A DNA stretch of 42,808 nt from Candidatus Cloacimonadota bacterium (GCA_029564175.1 JAKQQL010000169.1:1-42808), one strand, 5' to 3'; positions 1-9,660 are shown, counted from the first letter of the stretch. Notes: generated by a model from the sequence alone, not told the origin. Numbers and translations: made by a program.

Positions 1-1
1 C

Positions 2-1507
2 GGTGTCGTTAATTTTAAAAAAGAACTTGAAAAACAATTAAATGATCATCAATTAACAGATGAAATAAAAATTCTGGAAACAGGTCCACTTGGCCCTTTT
101 GGTTCAGGTATTTGTTTATCTGTTTATCCTGATCAGGTTACTTATCATGACGTCAGGATTGATGATATTGAAGAAATCGTCAACGAACACTTAATCAAAG
201 GACGTCCAGTAAAAAGACTCATGTTTGATAAAAAAGTAGTTGATGAATATGATTTTAATTATAAAAACAGAATCGTTTTAGACCACTCAGGGCTGATTGA
301 TCCTGAAAATATTGACGAATATATCGCTGTCGGCGGTTATGAATCATGGGAAAAAGCACTTACTCAGATGACACCTGCTCAGGTGATTGATGAAGTGAAA
401 AAATCAGGGCTTCGTGGTCGTGGTGGAGCTGGATTTGCAACCGGTCTTAAATGGAGCTTTACAGCGCCAATTGATTCAGACGACAAGCTGATTGTTGTGA
501 ATGCGGATGAAGGTGAACCTGGCACATTTAAAGACAGATTGATTATGGAAGGTGATCCTCACAAGTTGCTTGAAGGCATTATGCTGGCTGCTTATGCTGT
601 TGGGGCTCATAAGTCTTATATTTATATTCGTGGTGAATATAAACTCTGCATTGAACGTATTCGAAAAGCGATTACGCAGTGTAATGAATATGGTATTTTA
701 GGCGATAATATTTTTGGAACCGGTTTTAAATTAGCTATTGATATCAAAATTGGTGCCGGTGCTTATGTTTGCGGAGAAGAAACTGCCTTGATTGAATCTA
801 TGGAAGGAAATCGTGGTACACCTCGTACAAAACCACCTTTCCCTGGTGTTAAAGGAGCATGGCAGAAACCAACAGTTGTCAACAATGTTGAAACTTTGGC
901 GAATGTGCCTTTTATTATCAAAAACGGTGGCGATGCCTTCAAGAAACATGGACCAGCGGAATCAACCGGAACAAAAGTCTATACCATTATGGGTGATGTA
1001 TTATATCCTGGCTTATGTGAAGTTGATATGGGCGTTACACTTCGTGACATTATTGATAAATTTGGTGGAGGCATGAAACAGGGTAAGAAATTTAAAGCTG
1101 CCCTGGTTGGTGGTGCTGCAGGCGTTTTCTTATCTGATAAATTATTAGATGTGAATATGGACTTTGCCAGCCTGAATGAATATGCTGCTGTATTAGGTTC
1201 TGGGGCTATTTTAGTGATCAGCGATGAATTTAGTATGGTTGAAATGCTTTATTCTGTTATTCGTTTCTTCAGACATGAATCCTGTGGTAAATGTACACCT
1301 TGTTCTAAGGGTACACAGGAATTGTTTGTACTGATTAATAAGATCAGAAACGGATTTGGAACAAAAGATGATATGGATAAGATGCTCTTATTAGCTCAGA
1401 CAATGAAGTTTACTTCTTTCTGTGCTTTAGGACAGTCATTGATTATGCCGATCAAATCTGCATTTGAGAACTTTGAAAGTGAATTTACAGCACTTTTGAA
1501 ACAATAA
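2..1507 (+). CDS. nuoF: NADH-binding flavoprotein subunit (NuoF/HydB/HoxF family) of an [FeFe]-hydrogenase or formate dehydrogenase-type complex; 5'-partial
   Basis: The frame is open from base 2 (GVVNFKKELEKQ...ETGPLGPFGSG...VYPDQVTY...IEEIVNEHLIKGRPVKRL, a thioredoxin-like N-domain) into the 221..1507 ORF. Motifs: SGLRGRGGAGF, NADEGEPGTFKDR, GAGAYVCGEETAL, and ESCGKCTPC...C (4Fe-4S). Confidence 0.9.
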   Translation, partial: GVVNFKKELEKQLNDHQLTDEIKILETGPLGPFGSGICLSVYPDQVTYHDVRIDDIEEIVNEHLIKGRPVKRLMFDKKVVDEYDFNYKNRIVLDHSGLIDPENIDEYIAVGGYESWEKALTQMTPAQVIDEVKKSGLRGRGGAGFATGLKWSFTAPIDSDDKLIVVNADEGEPGTFKDRLIMEGDPHKLLEGIMLAAYAVGAHKSYIYIRGEYKLCIERIRKAITQCNEYGILGDNIFGTGFKLAIDIKIGAGAYVCGEETALIESMEGNRGTPRTKPPFPGVKGAWQKPTVVNNVETLANVPFIIKNGGDAFKKHGPAESTGTKVYTIMGDVLYPGLCEVDMGVTLRDIIDKFGGGMKQGKKFKAALVGGAAGVFLSDKLLDVNMDFASLNEYAAVLGSGAILVISDEFSMVEMLYSVIRFFRHESCGKCTPCSKGTQELFVLINKIRNGFGTKDDMDKMLLLAQTMKFTSFCALGQSLIMPIKSAFENFESEFTALLKQ

Positions 1508-1525
1508 TTAAACAAAATCAATAAT

Positions 1526-1556
1526 AAAAAAGAGGTGCGGTTATCCGCACCTTTTT
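1526..1556. terminator. Bidirectional intrinsic terminator
   Basis: Hairpin aggtgcgg-ttat-ccgcacct with an A-run before and a T-run after, between convergent nuoF and ssnA. Confidence 0.85.
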
Positions 1557-1569
1557 CATTGAGGCCATA

Positions 1570-2901
1570 TTATTTAAATCGATTCCACATTTTTTGAGCG
1601 AATTCTCTGGATTTAGCAAGGACTTCTTTTTCATCCAGATCAAGAGTTAATATTTTATTTTTCATGAGGACTTTTCCATTTACGATTGTTGTATCAACTG
1701 GTGTTTGTGAAAAACCATAAAGTAAATGACCCCAAATAGTTGTATTATCAAGTGGTGTAGGGGGGAGGTAATCATAAAGAATGATGTCTGCTACTGTTCC
1801 TGCTTCAATTATTCCTGATTGAATCCCAAATATTCTTTCAGCAATTTTATAATTATTAACAAAGAGAAGGTTTACAATTTCCATAAAAGCACAGGTCGGG
1901 TGGTTTTGTTTTAAGTGTTGAGCAAACAGGGCTACTCTTGCTTCTTCAAGCATATTTGTGGTCATCGCATCTGTTCCCAGACCTGTTAAAATCTTATGAT
2001 TCATCAGTTTAACAACATCTGCAATACCGACTGCATTATTTAAATTAGACTGAGGATTATGAACCACCATTGTATTTGTTTCTTTCAGTAAAGAGATTTC
2101 ATCTTCGTCGATATGGACACAGTGAGCTGCGATGCTGTGTTCCCCTAATATTCCCAGGTCATAAAGCCTTTTAACAACACGTTTTCTGCTCATTTTCCAG
2201 GTTGTCAGCTGATCTGACTGAGCCTCAGCAGTATGTATATGAAAACCTGGCTTTGTATCACCCAGTTCACTCATCACTTTTTCAAAAGTTTTATCTTCTA
2301 CAGTGAAGCTGGCATGAAGTCCAAACATGGCTTTAAGCATAGGAGAAGGATTATTCTGACAATGGTTTAGCATATAGATATTTTCTCTAATACCTTCATC
2401 TGAAATGAGTTGACCATCTCTATCTGATAATTCATAGCATAAACAAGAACGTAAGCCTGTCTGATTAAATGCATCAGCTACTCTATCTAGAGATCCGATA
2501 ACAGCAAATGGTGAGGCATGATGATCAATAACGGTAGTAGTTCCATGTTTGATAGAATCCAAAGCCAGAACCATCGTACTGTAATAACAGTCATCAAGGG
2601 ATAGGGATTTATCCAGTTTCCACCATAAATTTTCCAATTGCTGTTGGAAATCCAATGCTTCAGCAGCTTTTCCAAAACCCCTTACCAGAGCACTATAGGC
2701 ATGCGTATGAGCATTGACAAAGCCAGGCATGAGATACTTGCCGTTTGCATCTATTACTTCATCAGCAGGGTAGTTTTTTGACTTAAAATCAAAGACATCT
2801 TTTATGATGCCATTTTCTATATAAACCGATTGATTTTCTTTTAGAAAGGCATTGTCTCCGAATGATATGATATGTGCATTTTCAATGAGTAAAGTTTTCA
2901 T
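1570..2901 (-). CDS. ssnA: SsnA-like metal-dependent amidohydrolase
   Basis: PGFVNAHTH (HxH), ENLWWKLDKSL, GTTTVIDHHASP, FGLHASFT, HIHTAE, AHCVH, NPQSNLNNAVG, GLGTD. Start moved to ATG 2901 (MKTLLIENA), which follows an AGGAG RBS. Confidence 0.85.
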   Translation of the reverse strand: MKTLLIENAHIISFGDNAFLKENQSVYIENGIIKDVFDFKSKNYPADEVIDANGKYLMPGFVNAHTHAYSALVRGFGKAAEALDFQQQLENLWWKLDKSLSLDDCYYSTMVLALDSIKHGTTTVIDHHASPFAVIGSLDRVADAFNQTGLRSCLCYELSDRDGQLISDEGIRENIYMLNHCQNNPSPMLKAMFGLHASFTVEDKTFEKVMSELGDTKPGFHIHTAEAQSDQLTTWKMSRKRVVKRLYDLGILGEHSIAAHCVHIDEDEISLLKETNTMVVHNPQSNLNNAVGIADVVKLMNHKILTGLGTDAMTTNMLEEARVALFAQHLKQNHPTCAFMEIVNLLFVNNYKIAERIFGIQSGIIEAGTVADIILYDYLPPTPLDNTTIWGHLLYGFSQTPVDTTIVNGKVLMKNKILTLDLDEKEVLAKSREFAQKMWNRFK

Positions 2902-2909
2902 TGATACTC

Positions 2910-5396
2910 CTATTCTTCGCATTGTTCGTTTTCTAAACGATCTCTCATATAGAGTGCGCCCGCAAAGCATTTCTGGACACAAATTGAGCAACCAATACAG
3001 CGTTTTGGATCGGTTTGAGGAATTTTGTTATCATCAAGTGTGATTGCCTGATAAGGGCATCTGGTGCAGTTACCGCAATGCTGACAGTATTCTTCAACCA
3101 CATCAGAGACGAGTTTTACCGGACTGAGTTTCATAAAGTCTGTAATGATCTCAGGGTTGGCTATGCCAATCAGTTCGCTGACTGACAAAAGCTGTTTGTC
3201 TGCTAAAAGATAGCTTAAGCCACTCTTAAGTTCATCGATGATACCATAACCATGTTTCATGACGATCGTGCAAAATTGGACTGTTTCTGCGCCCATAGCG
3301 AGGAAATTAGCAGCAGACAGATAATCCATAGGTCCGCCGTTTGCAGAAATGTGCATATTGAGAGAGGCTGCTTTAGCAAGCGAAAGATTACTGATTGGTG
3401 TTACTCCATTACCTGAGAGACCGACAACAACCCCTTCATCCCATGGTTTATCAAAATTTTCTGTATTTTCTCTGAATAAGAGAGCTGGGAATGAATTGGC
3501 GAGAGTTACACCTGCTTTTTTATCAGGATATTTCGCAAAAACACGTTTTATTGCTGAAAGGATCGGATGAATAGAGGTTACAGCTCCGGTCAGTTTAAAC
3601 AATTTTGGAATATTTGGTTGACTGATTTCCATAACCCAGTCAATGATTTTTGCTGTAAGATCTGCATTTTGAGATACAATATCACCTTCTGTTCCATCTC
3701 CACCCTGTGGGCAGGATAAACTGTATTCAATTCCCATCACACCAGCTTTTTCAAGGAGCAGGGTATTATTTTGCCAAACTTTTTTATCTTCAGCATCATG
3801 ACCGGTTACTGGTCCGCCAGTAGAAGCCATTGTCAGATGATCAGGAAACTCAGCCACCAGTTTTTGAATTTCTTCACAGACTCTTTTCAATGGGTGAGCT
3901 GAAACATTATCACAGTTGGCATAGGTATCTGACGAAACGGCAAACATATATCTTGAGGGGATATGAATGTCTATTCCATCAAAAGCTGTTTTCATAATAG
4001 CACCTGCCCAGCCGGCTTCATAGGCTTTTTTTACCTGATCATAGCCATCTGTTGGTGGTGCTGCTGAGAGGAGGAAAGGGGAATTTATTTTTTTGCCAAA
4101 GAAAGAGCATTCTAAGGAGACAGGCATCATGTTTTTACCAGATAATTCTACTGTGCTTTTTAATGAGTTTTCAAACTGAGGGATAGTCTGATTATTTAAA
4201 AAGGCATCTACTTCTGCAGCGGTATTTTTACCGTAAGCCACCGCTTCTACGACAGTACTGGCACCTGCAAGCATATCTCCTGTGTAAAAAACATGGTCTT
4301 TTTTAAAATGTTGATAGATACTTTTAGATCCTATCGCAAGCACAATCAGATCATAATTTGAAAGCGTGAACTGGCTGCCTTCGATCTCTTTCAGTTTTGC
4401 CGGATGAAATACCATTTTTTTAGGCAAGTCCACTCTGATACATTTTAAATGGTAAGAATTTTCCTTTTTTTCAATTTCCAGGAGCTTGCTTCTCTGGTGA
4501 ATGACAACATCCGATGCTTTGATATCATCAAATTCTCGCTCTGTTAAAGGCAGTTCTGACAACTTTTCAAGGGCAATCATATCTACTTGGGTGGCGTGTT
4601 TAAAAACGGCAATATTTGCTACATCAGCAGCAACAGCACCCCCACCAATAATGGCAATTTTCTTTCCTTTTAATGAAAAAACAGCTGGATTTTTTAAAAA
4701 CTCACTCCATGAAACCAACCATTCAGAACCAGGTATATTGAGCTCATTCACTTCGTTTAAACCAGTAGCAATAACACAAGCATCAAAACAATCAAGCCTT
4801 TTATGATCCAACATTTTGTCATCATTTTTAAAAAAATGGATATTCCCGAGTTCTCTGATAAAATCGATCTCCTGGTTGAGCATTTCTTTCGGGAGTCTGA
4901 AATCCGGAATTAGTTGGGTTGCACCACCGATTTTTTTCTCTTTTTCAAAAATACTGACATTATAACCTTTTTGAGTTAGAACACTGGCGCAAGCCAGACC
5001 TGCAGGTCCAGAACCAATGACTGCAACATTCTTTTTGATTGGTTTTTCAGGGAAAAAGACAGGCTCTCTGAACATTTCTCTGGCACGCTTGATAATAGCT
5101 GATTGAATAGCCGGAATATTGACAGGTCTGTCAAAATCTTTACGGGAACATGCTTTCATACAATGATAATCCGGACAGGTATAGCCACAGACCCCCCCAA
5201 GCGGGTTGGAACCTAAAATAATGGCTGCTGCTCTTTCAAAATCACGAGGCTGGCCATTTTTGGCTGCCATGATAAAATCAGCAGGAGAACAATTCGCCGG
5301 ACAGGCGTCACGGCAGGGTTTTTCTTCACAGTATTCACAGCGTTCCATTTCAGCTTTAAGCTGAGCATCCGTTAATTCAACACATTCAAAGTTCAT
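2910..5396 (-). CDS. Dihydropyrimidine dehydrogenase-like fusion (PreT/GltD-like FAD/NAD(P) Fe-S module + PreA/DHOD-like FMN barrel + 2x[4Fe-4S])
   Basis: N-terminal CEYCEEKPCRDACP and CGYTCP...C; Rossmann motifs IGSGPAG and IGGGAVA; GD...GASTVVEAVAYGK. Then SPFLLSAAPPTD, GWAGAIMKT, SLSCPQG, KLT, ISANGG, AETVQFCT; C-terminal CQHCGNCTRCP and CIGCSICVQKC. Confidence 0.85.
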   Translation of the reverse strand: MNFECVELTDAQLKAEMERCEYCEEKPCRDACPANCSPADFIMAAKNGQPRDFERAAAIILGSNPLGGVCGYTCPDYHCMKACSRKDFDRPVNIPAIQSAIIKRAREMFREPVFFPEKPIKKNVAVIGSGPAGLACASVLTQKGYNVSIFEKEKKIGGATQLIPDFRLPKEMLNQEIDFIRELGNIHFFKNDDKMLDHKRLDCFDACVIATGLNEVNELNIPGSEWLVSWSEFLKNPAVFSLKGKKIAIIGGGAVAADVANIAVFKHATQVDMIALEKLSELPLTEREFDDIKASDVVIHQRSKLLEIEKKENSYHLKCIRVDLPKKMVFHPAKLKEIEGSQFTLSNYDLIVLAIGSKSIYQHFKKDHVFYTGDMLAGASTVVEAVAYGKNTAAEVDAFLNNQTIPQFENSLKSTVELSGKNMMPVSLECSFFGKKINSPFLLSAAPPTDGYDQVKKAYEAGWAGAIMKTAFDGIDIHIPSRYMFAVSSDTYANCDNVSAHPLKRVCEEIQKLVAEFPDHLTMASTGGPVTGHDAEDKKVWQNNTLLLEKAGVMGIEYSLSCPQGGDGTEGDIVSQNADLTAKIIDWVMEISQPNIPKLFKLTGAVTSIHPILSAIKRVFAKYPDKKAGVTLANSFPALLFRENTENFDKPWDEGVVVGLSGNGVTPISNLSLAKAASLNMHISANGGPMDYLSAANFLAMGAETVQFCTIVMKHGYGIIDELKSGLSYLLADKQLLSVSELIGIANPEIITDFMKLSPVKLVSDVVEEYCQHCGNCTRCPYQAITLDDNKIPQTDPKRCIGCSICVQKCFAGALYMRDRLENEQCEE

Positions 5397-7708
5397 ATTA
5401 TACCTTCTTTCAGGGTTTTATTTAATCTATCTACTGCCAGAATGATGGCTTCCGGGGTTGCAGGGTGTTTTAAATTGGCTTTAATCTGATGATTTCCGAT
5501 AGATTCTATTGCATCGAGAATTGCAAACCAGACCCCTTCGCCATAGATAAAAGGTGGTTCGCCAACGGCTTTACTGCCATAGACACTTGATTTTTTACAT
5601 GTTTTATCAAACATTTTGATATCCCATTCTTCAGGGATATCTCTTATTGTGGGGAATTTATAGGTTGAAGGGGTTGTTGCCAAATATTGCCCTTTTTGAT
5701 TAAAATTCTCTTCTTCCATGGTGCACCAACCATATCCCTGAACGAATGCTCCTGTGATTTGACCGCGATCTATCGCTTCATCAATCAGTTTTGCAGTTTC
5801 ATGAGCAATACAGGCTTTTTTTATAGCAAAATAACCATGAATCAGGTCTATCTCTACCATGACAGTAGCGCTTCCGTTAACGAAGTAATAAAAAGGTGTT
5901 CCTTCTCCTTTTTCTCTGTCAAAATGAATATCAGGTGTTTTATAAAAAGCATGTGCTCCTAAATCTACACGATTCATATAAGCGGTGTGTACAACTTGTT
6001 CAAAGCTTAATTTTTGTTCAGGGTTCTCTGATGACCAGATTAAATCATTTTCAAAATAAACAGTCGTATCGTTTGAAATTACAAGCAGTTCTGCTGCTGT
6101 TTGTTTGAGTCTGTTTTTTAGAATTTCGGCAGCGAGTCGTGCTGCATTGCCGTTGATGTCAGTTCCGGAAGAGGCAGCAGTTGGGGAAGCGTTTCCGATT
6201 CGTTTGGTATTAGCGCTTTCTATTCGGATTCTGCCCACAGAAATACCAAGTGTTTTCGCAACAATCAATGCTACTTTTTGATTAATTTGCTGTCCCATTT
6301 CAATCCCGCCATGAGAAACAGAAATTGACCCATCTGTATAAATCCAGATAAGTGCAGAACCTTGATTTAAAAAAGCGGTTGTAAAAGAAATGCCAAATTT
6401 GATAGGAATAGTAGCTAAACCTCTTTTTATAAACTGATTTGCTTGATTGAAAACCTTAATTTCTTCTTTTAAAACAGGGTAATTAATGGATTCCAAACAA
6501 TGGTCAATATAAGCTGTGCCTGGGGCATCATAGACTTTTTGGGCATAGGGAGTGAGTTGTTCTTCCTGATACATATTGATTTTTTGGATTTCAACCGGAT
6601 CTTTTTTCAGGAAACGGGCAATATCAAAGATTGCATTTTCAATGACAAAGATACCCTGAGGACCGCCAAAACCTCTAAAAGCCGTATTGGGAGGCAGATT
6701 GGTTCTGCATGCTTTGCCGGTTATTTTAATGTTGGGTATATAATAAGTGTTTTCAGCATGGAGCATTGCCCGTTCCAGAATCGCAATTGATAAATCTATG
6801 GACGCACCGCCATTACTGAAGAAATCAACATTGTAGGATAGAATCTTTCCGCTTTCATCAAAGCCTATCTGAAATTGACTTTTAAAGGGGTGTCTTTTTC
6901 CAGTAGTAGAAATATCTTCTATTCTTGATAAAACAAGCTCACAGGGTCTTTTACTGAGATAAGCGGCTAATCCGGTGAGACAGGCAAAGAGGGTTGCATT
7001 TCTTTCTTTACCTCCAAAAGCACCACCCAGTCTTTTCACATCGATTGTAACATCTTTACTGCTTAATCCTAAAACTCTGGCACATATTTCCTGAATTTCA
7101 CCTGTACTTTGAGTGGCTGATGATAGAATGAGCTCATCATTTTCTCCCAGTACTGCCCTGCATCTCTGGGTTTCCATGTAGAAGTGTTCCTGTGCACCTG
7201 ATTCAACTTGTCCTGATAATTGATGCGGTGCATTTTGCAAAGCGGTTTTCCAGTCACCCCGTTCAATTTTTCTTTCTTCAATATAAAAAGACTCAGCTTC
7301 AATTGCTTCTTCTATGCTGAGAATCGGATTTAATACTTCATATGTTACTTCAATTTTGGGGATAGCCAGTTCAGCATCGCGGACATCTTCACTCAGGATA
7401 AGGGCGATCGGTTGACCATAATAAATGACTTGGTTGTCAGCAAGCAAGGGTTCATCCGGCATTAAATGGCCAATTTGATTTTCTCCTGGAATATCCTTAG
7501 CTGTGATGATTTTAAAAATGCCAGGCATATTTTCAGCAAGATGAGTAGATATTTTTTTGATATTAGCAGCTGCGTAAGCGCTATGTAAAATAGTTACATA
7601 CAGCATATTGGAAGGCTTAACTTCATCCGCAATAAAACGGGTTAATCCCTGTAAATGTCTGGTACCGTTAAGTTCAGGCGGTGTTTTTTTATAATTCTTT
7701 TTGACCAT
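5393..7708 (-). CDS. xdhB: Xanthine dehydrogenase molybdopterin-binding subunit
   Basis: QEHFYMETQ, KRLGGAFGGKE, GKRHPF, ILERAMLHAEN, NTAFRGFGGPQG, HGGIEMGQ, SPTAAS, GAFVQGYGW, SKAVGEPPF. Confidence 0.92.
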   Translation of the reverse strand: MVKKNYKKTPPELNGTRHLQGLTRFIADEVKPSNMLYVTILHSAYAAANIKKISTHLAENMPGIFKIITAKDIPGENQIGHLMPDEPLLADNQVIYYGQPIALILSEDVRDAELAIPKIEVTYEVLNPILSIEEAIEAESFYIEERKIERGDWKTALQNAPHQLSGQVESGAQEHFYMETQRCRAVLGENDELILSSATQSTGEIQEICARVLGLSSKDVTIDVKRLGGAFGGKERNATLFACLTGLAAYLSKRPCELVLSRIEDISTTGKRHPFKSQFQIGFDESGKILSYNVDFFSNGGASIDLSIAILERAMLHAENTYYIPNIKITGKACRTNLPPNTAFRGFGGPQGIFVIENAIFDIARFLKKDPVEIQKINMYQEEQLTPYAQKVYDAPGTAYIDHCLESINYPVLKEEIKVFNQANQFIKRGLATIPIKFGISFTTAFLNQGSALIWIYTDGSISVSHGGIEMGQQINQKVALIVAKTLGISVGRIRIESANTKRIGNASPTAASSGTDINGNAARLAAEILKNRLKQTAAELLVISNDTTVYFENDLIWSSENPEQKLSFEQVVHTAYMNRVDLGAHAFYKTPDIHFDREKGEGTPFYYFVNGSATVMVEIDLIHGYFAIKKACIAHETAKLIDEAIDRGQITGAFVQGYGWCTMEEENFNQKGQYLATTPSTYKFPTIRDIPEEWDIKMFDKTCKKSSVYGSKAVGEPPFIYGEGVWFAILDAIESIGNHQIKANLKHPATPEAIILAVDRLNKTLKEGII

Positions 7709-9146
7709 AATATATTCCTATATATTTAGATAGATGACTTATTATGTGATTTTTTATTAAAATATTCCTGTATTCGATTGACCCACGGACATCTGAGATC
7801 GGTTGAAATTGATTGGCAATGGATTCAGCGAATGAGTCCATTTCATTTTGATTTTCTAAAATGTTTTTAAATGTTTCGGGCTCCAGTTCAATCAGCTTTG
7901 GAAAAGCAGCTACCCCTCCAAAGGATATACGTGATTTTTGATGGTCGTTCAGAGATGAAAATGATACGACTGCGGAAATGTCAACGGCTTTCCGTTTGGT
8001 TGATTTCTCAAAATGATGAACTGCTTTATCAAGCGGGATAATAATGCCTTTAATCAGGTCATTGACGTTTAATATAGTTTTCTTGTAATCCAGATAAAAA
8101 TCTCTGAGATAAACGGTACTGTCTTCATATTCACCGGCTATAATGAGTTTAGCATTTAATCCGAGCAGTACGCACGCCATATCGCCTACAGGAGAAGCAT
8201 TTGCTATATTTCCGCTGATGGATGCAATATTTCTGATTTGTTGAGAGGCTATTTGGGGAATAATATTTTTAAAAACAGGTAATTTTGAAATAAAATCCTC
8301 ATTCTCCAACAGTTGATGATAAGTGACTGAGGCACCGATGATTATCTCAGTTTCTTTAATTTGAATCATTTGCAGGCTTTTAATCTGTGAAATATCAATT
8401 AGTACGAGTGGAATGTGACGACGAATATTCACATCAACCATGATATCGCTACCCCCGTTGATGATCTTTGCAGAAGGATTACGGGTGATCATTTCAAAAA
8501 AATCTGCTATTGTTTGAGGTACAAGGTAGGTATGGGTCAGCGCTTTTTCGATGGCTGCACTGGAAATATATGATTTGCTTTTAATCAACTTGTCTTGGAG
8601 ATGTTTTTGAGCGATTTGGCAAAATGTTGGAAAATAGTGCTGGTATTGGTCAGGATTATTCTGATAATATTCAGACAGTGCGAGTCCTGCATTGACAATT
8701 GATTCGTAACCCGTACAACGGCACAGATTGCCTTCCAGCCATGAAAAAATATTTTCTTTTTCCTGTTCACAACTCCTTGAGAACAGAGCAAAGAATGACA
8801 TGACGATTCCCGGTGTGCAAAAGCCACACTGGGTTCCGTGATAATCTAACAAAAATTGCTGAATAGGGTGCATTTCCTGCTCGATTGATAAGCCCTCTAT
8901 CGTTATCAGGTGGCAAGCCTGCAACTTAACAGCTGGATAGATACACGAATTAACAGATCTGTAAACAAATGAATTATTTATCCATTCCCCAACCACAACG
9001 GTACAGGCACCGCAATCTCCTTCTGAACAGCTTTCTTTAGTTCCTGTTAAACCTAATATTTCCCTAATCAGATATAAACTAGTCCAGCCGGGCTCTATCT
9101 TTATCTTTCTGAATTGATTATTTACAAAACACTCTAAATATGGCAT
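7689..9146 (-). CDS. xdhA: Xanthine dehydrogenase small subunit (2x[2Fe-2S] + FAD)
   Basis: GLTGTKESCSEGDCGACTV, QCGFCTPG, GNLCRCTGY, INGGSD, ASQQIRNIASISGNIANASPVGD, KRKAVDISAV, PISDVRGS; overlaps the xdhB start. Confidence 0.92.
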   Translation of the reverse strand: MPYLECFVNNQFRKIKIEPGWTSLYLIREILGLTGTKESCSEGDCGACTVVVGEWINNSFVYRSVNSCIYPAVKLQACHLITIEGLSIEQEMHPIQQFLLDYHGTQCGFCTPGIVMSFFALFSRSCEQEKENIFSWLEGNLCRCTGYESIVNAGLALSEYYQNNPDQYQHYFPTFCQIAQKHLQDKLIKSKSYISSAAIEKALTHTYLVPQTIADFFEMITRNPSAKIINGGSDIMVDVNIRRHIPLVLIDISQIKSLQMIQIKETEIIIGASVTYHQLLENEDFISKLPVFKNIIPQIASQQIRNIASISGNIANASPVGDMACVLLGLNAKLIIAGEYEDSTVYLRDFYLDYKKTILNVNDLIKGIIIPLDKAVHHFEKSTKRKAVDISAVVSFSSLNDHQKSRISFGGVAAFPKLIELEPETFKNILENQNEMDSFAESIANQFQPISDVRGSIEYRNILIKNHIISHLSKYIGIYYGQKEL

Positions 9147-9176
9147 TATTCAACTCCATTTATCATAATTTTTTCT

Positions 9177-9205
9177 TTTTTAGCATAAGAATAATCTCTT
9201 GTCAA
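9177..9205 (-). promoter_or_regulatory. Putative sigma-70 promoter of the xdh operon
   Basis: TTGACA-17 nt-TAAAAA on the minus strand, about 30 nt upstream of xdhA; the -10 match is weak. Confidence 0.4.
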
Positions 9206-9368
9206 TCATTTTTTTTAAATTTTCCGAAAATAAAAGCACATTGAATTAGAAAGATTAAGATTTTAGATATATTTAGTTTGGATTTTTGGTTTCGAAACAA
9301 CTCCAAATTATAATTGTAAAAAATGATACATAAACGACTCTTTCAAAGTGCTTAATTTCTCTGTCTTA

Positions 9369-9569
9369 TTAGCCAGGCTTTTGCCGTATTTTATCTGAAA
9401 TATAGGATTCAACCAGAGTAGAAATTCGAACGAGTTCTTTTTCGATTTTGTTAAATTTAGACTCGATGGATTTAGTCCGGCTTGCCTGATCTTTCAAGAA
9501 GTAACAGATAGCTGTCAGTAAAACAGGCCAGATCTTATAATCCAGCAAGAGTTTATAAAGCTCGGTCAT
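9369..9569 (-). CDS. Small hypothetical membrane protein (one hydrophobic segment + coiled coil)
   Basis: Strong RBS (AAGGAG) before the ATG; IWPVLLTAICYFL hydrophobic stretch followed by heptad-like IESKFNKIEKELVRISTLVE. Confidence 0.6.
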   Translation of the reverse strand: MTELYKLLLDYKIWPVLLTAICYFLKDQASRTKSIESKFNKIEKELVRISTLVESYISDKIRQKPG

Positions 9570-9616
9570 TGTTTTTCTCCTTTAAATATACTATGGACAA
9601 ATTGCATGCAGATTCA

Positions 9617-9660
9617 GGCTACAAGCGGGACGCTTGTATTACGAATTGTTAATCATTGAT
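9617..9660. repeat. REP-like palindromic repeat (tacaagcg-gga-cgcttgta), 41/44 identical to 32246-32289
   Basis: ggctacaagcgggacgcttgtattacgaattgttaatcattgat vs ggctacaagcgagacgcttgtagtacgatttgttaatcattgat. Confidence 0.8.

Noticed and set aside
2902..2991. N-terminal extension of SsnA in the ORF track
   Set aside because: It overlaps the upstream gene; an AGGAG RBS and family-like N-terminus support ATG 2901.
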